Shown: positions 1 to 6,337, counted from the first letter of the stretch. The stretch is 10,996 nt of DNA from Polyangiales bacterium (GCA_045106895.1 JBGCFM010000126.1:1-10996); one strand, 5' to 3'. Numbers and translations: made by a program. Notes: a model not told the origin generated them from the sequence alone.

Positions 1-334
1 CATCGAGCTCGACCAGCCTCTCCTCGTGGGCACACGTCGTCGCTACATCGCGGGGCTGGCGATGCTTGGCGGCGTCGCCGCGGTCGGCGCGGTCGGGTTC
101 TACGAGCTTGCACATCAGTGGGAGTGGCCCGAAGACGAGCCCAGTCGTGCGGTGCGCGGGCGACGCACGGCGATCAGCGTGGCGCTCCTGGGCCCAACTT
201 TGCTCATCACGGGCCTGATACTCTTGGTCCGCGCTCATCGCATGCAGGACGCCGCCGAGGCTCCTGCGTTTGCGCGCTACCAGGCGCTTCGTGAACGGCG
301 CCGGGAAATCCTCCGCGCGACAGCGACACGTTAA
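1..334 (+). CDS. 3' end of a hypothetical membrane protein (partial, start lies upstream of the window)
   Basis: The frame is open from base 2 (IELDQPLLVGTRRR...) to TAA at 332-334. It has two hydrophobic stretches (YIAGLAMLGGVAAVGAVGF; IAISVALLGPTLLITGLILLV region) and is followed immediately by a terminator hairpin. No family recognised. Confidence 0.6.
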   Translation, partial: IELDQPLLVGTRRRYIAGLAMLGGVAAVGAVGFYELAHQWEWPEDEPSRAVRGRRTAISVALLGPTLLITGLILLVRAHRMQDAAEAPAFARYQALRERRREILRATATR

Positions 335-335
335 A

Positions 336-367
336 GAACAAAGCCCGCGTCTCCGCGGGCTTCGTTC
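336..367. terminator. Rho-independent, probably bidirectional terminator between convergent genes
   Basis: AAGCCCGCG (341-349) / CGCGGGCTT (354-362) form a perfect 9-bp stem with a 4-nt loop, extended by GAAC (336-339) / GTTC (364-367). On the minus strand the loop is GAGA (GNRA) followed by TTTGTTCTTT; on the plus strand the stem runs into TTCGTTC. Confidence 0.85.
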
Positions 368-394
368 AGTGTGTAGATAGCGACTTCGGAGGCG

Positions 395-1786
395 CTAGTT
401 CTGAAGTGTGGTCAGGTTGTAGGAAGGCAACGAGTCCGTGTAGTTCGTGAAGGACTCGACGCCTTCCAGCGTCACGCTCACGACCTCTGCATCTTCCCCC
501 GCGGTGTGTCCGACGTGGAACATATCGTCGAACCAAACGCCCTGGCCCATGGAGAAAGCACCTTCGGATTCCCAGAGGGAGGTCGCGGTTCCGGCGGTGA
601 GGTCGACGAGGACGATCTCGTCGCTTGTGCCCGCGCCGAAGTCACCAAGGGCGAGGCCCACGATCTTGTCGGTGTCGACGGCGACGATGCTCCAGACCGC
701 CACGAGCTCGTCTTCGCCGGGCTGCCACATGGCGGTGATGGATCCGACTCCGTCGTCCGAGACGGCGAGGCGGTAGATACCGGAGGTCTCGCGGACGCCC
801 GGTCCGCCAAAGCCCACGGTGGAGTAACCCTTGCAGGCGACCATGATGTCCGTGCCGAAGCGCGCGACCTGGCCGCAGTTGGCGCCACCGGGAAGGTCCA
901 CGGCGGTGACTTCGAGCGTCGTGAGGTTCACAAGCGCGACCTGGCCTGGGCCAAAGCCGCGCGCCGCACCGGCTTGGTCGCCGGGGAGACGGTCGAGTCC
1001 GACGACGAGGGTGTTTTCGTTCGCGAGGACCATGCGGTCGGGGCGGGCGGCGATGGCGACGTCAACGACGGCGTCGCCTTCCATGCCGCTGACGGTTCCG
1101 CCGAACGCGCTCAGGTCGATGCGCATGCCGTTGCGTTCCATCGTCACGGGGTTGAAGCCGATGACATCGGAGCCGGCGTCTTCGGGCTCAGCGCCGGGGG
1201 CCGTGTTCGGATCGTAGCGCGTGACCCATGCGGTGTCCGGGCCCGTGACGGCGACGTCGTGGGGGTTGCCACCGAAGGAGTCCGTGCCGACGTTCAGCTG
1301 TCCGATGACGCCGCCGGACAAGCAGAGGTTCGTCACGACGTTCTTGCCGAAGCGATCGATGATGATGAGCTGGCCCGCCGGGGAAGCCTCCGTAGGAAAG
1401 ACCACGTCGCCGCCGAGGGTGGCGGTGAGCGATGGCGCCGTGGTGCCGCTGGTGATCCAGTCCGCCGCGGTCGTTCCGCCTCGGCTCACGACGGAGACTG
1501 CGGAGCTCGTAAAGTCGGTGCTGATCAAGGCCAACTGGGCGCCCTCGTCGATGGGGCTGAGGATCGCTTCGAGGCCGTCACAAGCGCTCACAACGGGTCC
1601 GGCGTCGGGGCCGCCGTCTACGTCGGGGCCGCCGTCTTCATCAGGGCCGGAGTCACCAGGACCGGCGTCGATGCTCAGGCCGTCGAAGCCGCCGTCCATC
1701 GGGACGCTGGAATCCATGCTCGCGTCGTCGTCGCCACAGGCGACCATGGAGAGAGCCAAAAGAAGAAGAGAAGTTATTCGAAGCAT
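395..1786 (-). CDS. Lipoprotein, predicted YncE/BtuG-like beta-propeller, partner of the cobalamin TonB receptor (463 aa)
   Basis: ATG at 1786-1784 overlaps the upstream TGA (TGATG), so it is preferred to the TTG at 1789. Signal peptide with lipobox (MLRITSLLLLALSMVA-C), acidic DGG/DAG linker, then beta-strand-rich blade-like segments (LIIIDR, NPHDVAV, AWVTRY, RPDRMV, IMVAC). Second gene under a B12 riboswitch. The fold is inferred. Confidence 0.75.
   Translation of the reverse strand: MLRITSLLLLALSMVACGDDDASMDSSVPMDGGFDGLSIDAGPGDSGPDEDGGPDVDGGPDAGPVVSACDGLEAILSPIDEGAQLALISTDFTSSAVSVVSRGGTTAADWITSGTTAPSLTATLGGDVVFPTEASPAGQLIIIDRFGKNVVTNLCLSGGVIGQLNVGTDSFGGNPHDVAVTGPDTAWVTRYDPNTAPGAEPEDAGSDVIGFNPVTMERNGMRIDLSAFGGTVSGMEGDAVVDVAIAARPDRMVLANENTLVVGLDRLPGDQAGAARGFGPGQVALVNLTTLEVTAVDLPGGANCGQVARFGTDIMVACKGYSTVGFGGPGVRETSGIYRLAVSDDGVGSITAMWQPGEDELVAVWSIVAVDTDKIVGLALGDFGAGTSDEIVLVDLTAGTATSLWESEGAFSMGQGVWFDDMFHVGHTAGEDAEVVSVTLEGVESFTNYTDSLPSYNLTTLQN
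1603..1637 (-). repeat. Short tandem repeat (17-nt identical copies, period 18) encoding the DGGP linker
   Basis: CGTCGGGGCCGCCGTCT occurs at 1603-1619 and 1621-1637 and encodes part of ...DSGPDEDGGPDVDGGPDAGP... Confidence 0.8.
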
Positions 1787-3729
1787 CAAAGGTCACTTTC
1801 TATTTGCAGAGTCGCCATCACCTGGCGGCCTGGAAGGGGGTATCCGATAAAGTCCTGCCCACGTTCATCGAGGGCGTCCCGAACGCTCAGGCCAAAGGCG
1901 AGTCCGTTCTGCATTTGAATTTGCCCGGCGAAATCGAGCCAGGTGTTCGCGGGAAGCTCGACGAAGTTCGCCGGGTCCTGAAAGAACGACGAGCGGTGTC
2001 GCAGCTGCACTTCGATGTGCGCGTTTCGTATGTTGCCCAGCGGGCCACTTTGAAGCCGCGCGCGGACACGTCCGCTGAGCGAAGGTCGCCAGTTGAGCTC
2101 CCGCTCGCGGCCGTCGTCGGTGGACAGCCAAGTGCCGTTCGCGTCGAGGACAACATGGCGCGCGAGGGTGAGCCGTGAACCGAACTCGGCTCCGGCGATG
2201 ATCGCTTCATCCACGTTTCGTGCGGCGGCTGTGTACTGGGAAGTGGGGATGAAGCGAATCAGGTCTTCGGCGCGCGTGTGAAAGCCGCGTACTTCAACGC
2301 CGACCTGCGCGAATGCCCCGGCGCTCTGAAGCACGATGCCAGCGTCCAAGGTGCGGCCCGTTTCGGCGCGAAGATCGGGGCTACGAACGACGGCGCCGCG
2401 ATCGCCAAGGAGCTCCTGGAGCGTAGGAAGCCGGCGCCCCCGCGAGGCGCTCGCGCTCACGGAGAGCCAGGAGACCGGCGCTACGAGGAGCCCAATGCGG
2501 TAGCTTGGCTGCGTGCTGGAGCTTGGGACCTGCGTGTCTGGGCCTGTCTCGCTGACGCGCGTTCGTTCGAGACGAATGCTCGGCCGCAGCTCGAGGCGGA
2601 CCGGGCCGAGCGCACCGTGAAGCCGAGCCTCCACACTGCCGAAGCCTGTCCAGCGTTGAACGCTGGGGAGCGAGGGGCCGACGGAGTCCGTGGGCGCGTA
2701 CCCGTCGAGGCGCCCGCCGCCCACGACGGTGATGTCGAGGGCGCGGTGGGGGCGAAGCACGCTCCCGGCGCGAATGAACCCGCTCGTCCATTGGTCCACG
2801 GCTTCTTCACGGCCAAAGCCAATCTCGTTGAAGCGGTCGCTGAACTTTCGCCGGTCGCTTCCCGCGCCGGCGGTGACGAAGAGCTCGTGGGCGCCCAGGT
2901 CTACGTCGTAACGGAGGGCGCCGAAGGTGTGTACGTCGTGGCGCTGCGCGTGCTGCGCGCGCGTGAGACCCGCGCCGGGTTCTCCGCCGAGGCGAGACCC
3001 CGCCATGACGAGCGCGGTGAGTCGACCCTCGTCGAGGTCGCGTTCGAGGAGCGCGATGAGCGCCGTGCGCGTTTGCTGCGCGTTGGCCCTGCGGAGCGTC
3101 CGGTCATCGTCGGTGTTGAACGCGGTGCCGTGGTCGTCCAAATAAGGGTAGTCGTTGTCGCTGCCTTCCAGGGCCAGGCGGGCGCTGAACCTCGTTCGGC
3201 CATGGTCGCGCACAAGGTTTGCGCCGCCGCCAACGCCCCACGTGGAGAACGTGCCTCCGGCAGCAAAAGCGCTCACGCTGGACTCTTGGGCGCGGTGAGG
3301 CTCTAGAACCAAGACCCCGCCGAGCGCCGCCGTGGACAGCTCCGCGGGCGCGCCGCCGCGATACACCCGGAGCGATTCGAACATGTGCGCGGAGAGCAGC
3401 CCGAGATCGAAGGCGCCGCTGTCTGGGCCTCGCAGGGGAATGCCGCCAAGGACGACTTCCGTCTGCGCGAGTTCCGCGCCACGCAGCCGCAAATAGCTCG
3501 CCGCGCCAAGGCCACCGGTCTGGGCGACCTGGGCTCCTGGCACACGCGCGAGGGCCGTATTCAGGTCGTCGCTCTCCTCGATCTCCACGCTGCTGCCGGC
3601 GGCGGTTCGGTCCGCGTCGTCGCTCGCCACCGGCGGCGCTTCGACCTCGGCACGTGCGCCGTACTGCGCATGGGTGCGTCCACTCCAGAGGAGTGCGAGG
3701 ACGGCCAGTAGTGCAGGGAGGTGTTTCAA
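1786..3729 (-). CDS. btuB: TonB-dependent outer membrane receptor, BtuB-like (cobalamin uptake), 647 aa
   Basis: TTG start with signal peptide (MKHLPALLAVLALLWSGRTHA-Q). Plug motif LARVPG...GGLG...LRLRG...VVLGGIPL...LRVYRG...ALGGVLVL; barrel motifs GRRLPTLQEL, PDLRAETGRTLDAG; terminal SVRDALD...GYPLPGR. The substrate is assigned from the cobalamin riboswitch directly upstream. Confidence 0.85.
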   Translation of the reverse strand: MKHLPALLAVLALLWSGRTHAQYGARAEVEAPPVASDDADRTAAGSSVEIEESDDLNTALARVPGAQVAQTGGLGAASYLRLRGAELAQTEVVLGGIPLRGPDSGAFDLGLLSAHMFESLRVYRGGAPAELSTAALGGVLVLEPHRAQESSVSAFAAGGTFSTWGVGGGANLVRDHGRTRFSARLALEGSDNDYPYLDDHGTAFNTDDDRTLRRANAQQTRTALIALLERDLDEGRLTALVMAGSRLGGEPGAGLTRAQHAQRHDVHTFGALRYDVDLGAHELFVTAGAGSDRRKFSDRFNEIGFGREEAVDQWTSGFIRAGSVLRPHRALDITVVGGGRLDGYAPTDSVGPSLPSVQRWTGFGSVEARLHGALGPVRLELRPSIRLERTRVSETGPDTQVPSSSTQPSYRIGLLVAPVSWLSVSASASRGRRLPTLQELLGDRGAVVRSPDLRAETGRTLDAGIVLQSAGAFAQVGVEVRGFHTRAEDLIRFIPTSQYTAAARNVDEAIIAGAEFGSRLTLARHVVLDANGTWLSTDDGRERELNWRPSLSGRVRARLQSGPLGNIRNAHIEVQLRHRSSFFQDPANFVELPANTWLDFAGQIQMQNGLAFGLSVRDALDERGQDFIGYPLPGRQVMATLQIESDL

Positions 3730-3754
3730 GGATGGCGATGGAGGGGCGCCGACC

Positions 3755-3793
3755 GAAGAAACTCCTGGATTGGCACGGACCGATGCCAGGATC
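3755..3793 (-). terminator. Candidate riboswitch-controlled terminator/attenuator hairpin
   Basis: The mRNA reads TCCTGG-catcggtccgtgccaat-CCAGGA-GTTTCTTC (arms 3791-3786 and 3768-3763); an alternative inner pairing TGGCA/TGCCA is possible. The U-tract is imperfect. Confidence 0.45.
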
Positions 3794-3835
3794 GTCTCCA
3801 GCTGCCATCCCCGAGGCAGAGTTCAGAGGTTGATC

Positions 3836-4026
3836 CTGGGTAGGTGTCCGGGCTCGTGGCCATGGTCTTCTCCGCCTTCCCACGCTTTCGCGCAGTGACA
3901 TATTGGAGAGGACATTGGGCCACATACCGTGGCGGGTCCGCGTCGGCGTCACACCGACTTCCCTATTCAAGGCCTGGTTTTCTCTCCAGTGCCCCTGTCT
4001 CCGACTTCGAAAAGTCATCGACCCAG
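3836..4026 (-). ncRNA. Cobalamin (B12) riboswitch aptamer
   Basis: The minus strand shows the consensus blocks in order: AATAGGGAA-gtc-GGTG..CCG (AGGGAA = 3964-3959), GCGGACCCGCCACGGT, GTCACTG (3899-3893), GGGAAGG (3881-3875) and the B12 box GAGCCCGGACACCTACCC (3855-3838). Probable closing helix CTGGGT (4026-4021) / ACCCAG (3841-3836). It lies upstream of a TonB receptor. Confidence 0.93.
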
Positions 4027-4036
4027 TTCAGGCGCC

Positions 4037-4065
4037 ACCCTGCGGCCACGTCATGCCTTGGTCAA
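4037..4065 (-). promoter_or_regulatory. Putative sigma70-type promoter for the riboswitch-btuB transcript
   Basis: TTGACC (4065-4060), 17-nt spacer, CAGGGT (4042-4037). The predicted start near 4030 falls just 5' of the riboswitch closing helix. Confidence 0.45.
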
Positions 4066-4070
4066 GGCAT
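4053..4070. promoter_or_regulatory. Perfect 8-2-8 inverted repeat, candidate operator
   Basis: ATGCCTTG-GT-CAAGGCAT in the divergent intergenic region, centred on the putative -35 box. Confidence 0.5.
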
Positions 4071-4096
4071 TCCCTTGTGACGCATCCTTGGCGACC

Positions 4097-4124
4097 TTGC
4101 AGTCGTCCTCTTGGGTGATAACCT
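4097..4124 (+). promoter_or_regulatory. Putative sigma70-type promoter for the leader ORF/czc operon
   Basis: TTGCAG (4097-4102), 16-nt spacer, extended -10 TG-A-TAACCT (4116-4124). It predicts a start near 4131, upstream of the SD GGAG (4159-4162) and ATG 4168. Confidence 0.45.
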
Positions 4125-4167
4125 TTCCCCTGTGCTGGGGACCCTGAATATCCGATATGGAGCGCGA

Positions 4168-4620
4168 ATGATCGCGCTTGGGGTCCTCGTCCTGTCGGTG
4201 TTTTTCGGGCCCGCTGTGCTCGGCGGTCCGGCCTTCGCAGACGCGGACTGTTGCGCCTCCTGTCACAGCGATGAGCCCGGCTCACAAACCGCGAACTACG
4301 CCAAAAACGTCCACGCGGAGCCGGACGACTGCTGTCCAAGTGCGACGACCAAGCACACTGCGAATGCCAGCGCTTCCTCGCATGGCCACTCGCATGCGAG
4401 TGACCACAGCGATCACAGCGACGACACGGCTCCCGATCATGACTGCCCCGACGACTGTCCGGGCTGCGATCTGGGGTTGAGTTTCGCCGTCACGATGAAC
4501 TCGTCTTTGCGCGTGAACTTTGTGCCTCTGATGTCGGACACCTGTGCTCTGGCTTCGCACGAGACGCCGGCGACGGGCACTTGCGCCGGCATCTATCGAC
4601 CGCCGCGATCTCTCTCCTAA
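4168..4620 (+). CDS. Small exported Cys/His-rich protein, DUF2946/CzcI-like leader ORF with C-terminal RPP motif (150 aa)
   Basis: SD GGAG lies 5 nt before ATG 4168 (preferred to TTG 4111). Hydrophobic signal ending AFA-D; 10 Cys and 10 His (CCASCH, DDCC, HGHSHASDHSDH, CPDDCPGC); ends GIYRPPRSLS. First gene ahead of a metal RND operon. Confidence 0.75.
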   Translation: MIALGVLVLSVFFGPAVLGGPAFADADCCASCHSDEPGSQTANYAKNVHAEPDDCCPSATTKHTANASASSHGHSHASDHSDHSDDTAPDHDCPDDCPGCDLGLSFAVTMNSSLRVNFVPLMSDTCALASHETPATGTCAGIYRPPRSLS

Positions 4621-4718
4621 CCAATTGCGCAGTATTTTGAGTTTGGATAGGAGTCGTCACTCGCTTCGGGCCGCCGTGCCGCGATAGCTCTGAGTGTGCG
4701 CTCCGCAGGGAGTTTGAG

Positions 4719-5939
4719 ATGTTTAGATGGAGCCTCATTGGCTTCCTGTGTGTCGTGTCGTGGCAGCTGCCGGCACGCGCGCAGGACCAAGCAATGGACA
4801 TAACGCTTGAGAGGGCGCTCGCGATGGCGCGCCAAAGCTCGCCCGAAGCCGCGGGCAGGGAGGCGCGCGCTCGTCTCGCTTCGAGTCGTCTCGAGGCGGC
4901 CTCCGTTCGCCCGTTCAACCCACAGATCTCGGGTTCGCTGGGCCCGCGCTTCGGTGAAGCAGGGACGAGGCTCAACGGCTCGGTGCAGATTCGGCAATGG
5001 TTTGAGTTAGGCGGCCAAAGAGGCGACCGCCAAGACATCGCTCGCGCCGGAGTCGAGTCCCAAGAAGCGCGAAGCGCTCGCCGGATGCACCTCGTCGAGC
5101 GTGATGTGAGCCTGGCTTTCTTCCGCGCTTTGTACTGGGAGCAGCGCGTGGAACTATTCGAGGAGAGCCTCCGCGTCGCGAACGCTGTCCTCGCGAGCGC
5201 GAGGAGTCGCCACGAGCTTGGCGACGCCGGCGGGCTGGAGTCGTCCCTCGCGACCATCGCCGCGGCGCGCGCTGACACGGAGATGCAGAGCGCCCGCGTC
5301 TCCTCGCTCCGCGCCCTTGGCGAGTTGAAGGTCCTCCTCGGAGTTCGCGCTGACGTTTCGCTTCGAGTGCGTGGAGACCTTCGAGCTCTCGGCGTGGCGC
5401 CTGTGGAGCCTCGACCTTCCGATGGTGCGGAGCGCGCCGATCTGCGTGCTTTGCGTGCCGAGGTCCGCGGCGCCCGCGCCGAGGCGGAGCTGGGACGCGC
5501 GAGCCGTTGGCCGAACTTCGCCCTCGGCGCTCGCTACGCCAGGGACGAGGCCGACGACGTTGTCCAAGGCATCTTCAGTATCCAGCTGCCCTTCTTCGAC
5601 CGTGGCCAGGGGGAAGTCGCCATCGCCTCCGCGCGCGAAGAGGTGGCCCAACGACAGCTCGAATCGGCGACGATGGCCGCATCCGTGGAGCTGGACACAT
5701 CTCAGCGTGCCGCGCGCGCTCTCTCCCGCGCCGCGCGCCAGTTTGAAGCCACGGGCTTGCCGGCGCTTGCGCGGGCCGAAGAGCTAGCGACGGGAAACTA
5801 CGAAGCCGGCGCGGTTCCCCTCGCGGAGCTTCTCCTCATTCGGCGTGAGCTCCTTCACGCCAGAACAACGTATCTCGACCAGCTCTTTGAAGCCGCAGCG
5901 GCGCAAGCCGAACTCGTCGCCCAAAGAGGTGCGCGATGA
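4719..5939 (+). CDS. czcC: TolC-family outer membrane efflux protein, CzcC-like (406 aa)
   Basis: SD GGGAG at 4708-4712; signal peptide; OEP motifs ITLERALAMARQSSP, NPQIS, IRQWFELGGQRG, RADLRAL, SIQLPFFDRGQG, NYEAGAVPLAELL. Upstream of MFP and RND genes. Confidence 0.88.
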   Translation: MFRWSLIGFLCVVSWQLPARAQDQAMDITLERALAMARQSSPEAAGREARARLASSRLEAASVRPFNPQISGSLGPRFGEAGTRLNGSVQIRQWFELGGQRGDRQDIARAGVESQEARSARRMHLVERDVSLAFFRALYWEQRVELFEESLRVANAVLASARSRHELGDAGGLESSLATIAAARADTEMQSARVSSLRALGELKVLLGVRADVSLRVRGDLRALGVAPVEPRPSDGAERADLRALRAEVRGARAEAELGRASRWPNFALGARYARDEADDVVQGIFSIQLPFFDRGQGEVAIASAREEVAQRQLESATMAASVELDTSQRAARALSRAARQFEATGLPALARAEELATGNYEAGAVPLAELLLIRRELLHARTTYLDQLFEAAAAQAELVAQRGAR

Positions 5940-6337
5940 CTACGAATACTGAATCCAGAACGAAAGAATCACTCATGTACTTTGCTCGACTCCGCTGTGC
6001 CCTTCGAGTCTCTTCACTTCTGACCTTGGCGCTCCTCGCCGCCTGCGAGGAAGTCCCAGAGCCAACAGAACAAACCGTGAATGCGGAAGAGGGCGTGCAA
6101 ACGAGCGCCGTCGAACACGCACCTGCCGGCGCCGTCCCGGGCTCTCACGAAGATTGGTGCGGAGGCCACGGCGTCCCGGAGTCTTTGTGCACGCGTTGCA
6201 ACCCGAGGCTCATCGGTGCGTTCCAGGCCACGGGTGATTGGTGCCCCGAGCACAACTTGCCGGAATCGCAGTGCACCATCTGCAACCCAGACCTGGTCAT
6301 CGAGCGTCCGCCCCGCACAAACGAAGCAGCCCCATGA
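5936..6337 (+). CDS. Small lipoprotein carrying one pair of C-x2-H-x6-C-x2-C motifs (putative periplasmic metal-binding accessory protein)
   Basis: ATGA overlaps at both ends (5936-5939, 6334-6337); alternative start ATG 5975. Lipobox LLAA-C (Cys at 6044). Contains DWCGGHGVPESLCTRCNP-RLIGAFQATG-DWCPEHNLPESQCTICNP at 6152-6289. Confidence 0.85.
   Translation: MTTNTESRTKESLMYFARLRCALRVSSLLTLALLAACEEVPEPTEQTVNAEEGVQTSAVEHAPAGAVPGSHEDWCGGHGVPESLCTRCNPRLIGAFQATGDWCPEHNLPESQCTICNPDLVIERPPRTNEAAP

Noticed and set aside
506..1918. 470-aa plus-strand ORF
   Set aside because: Antisense shadow of the lipoprotein gene; no recognisable motifs.
2278..3306. 342-aa plus-strand ORF
   Set aside because: Antisense to the TonB receptor; no independent evidence of coding.
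4089..4100. TGGCG...TTGC sigma54-like promoter
   Set aside because: GG-to-GC spacing is 7 nt instead of the required 10.
3104..4118. Several ORFs crossing the riboswitch (3104-4018, 3726-3923, 3844-4080, 3903-4118)
   Set aside because: No protein-like features; the region is explained by the riboswitch and promoters.
4126..4158. Short inverted repeats TCCCC-N6-GGGGA (4126-4141) and ATATC-C-GATAT (4148-4158) as a metalloregulator operator
   Set aside because: 5-bp arms are too short to distinguish from chance without comparative data.
4111..4167. TTG start for the Cys/His-rich ORF
   Set aside because: Overlaps the putative -10 region; ATG 4168 has a well-spaced GGAG and begins the hydrophobic signal.
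6238..6333. Longer N-terminus of the adaptor given in the ORF track
   Set aside because: Overlaps the small lipoprotein gene by ~100 nt. ATG 6334 gives an ATGA coupling and a proper signal/anchor.
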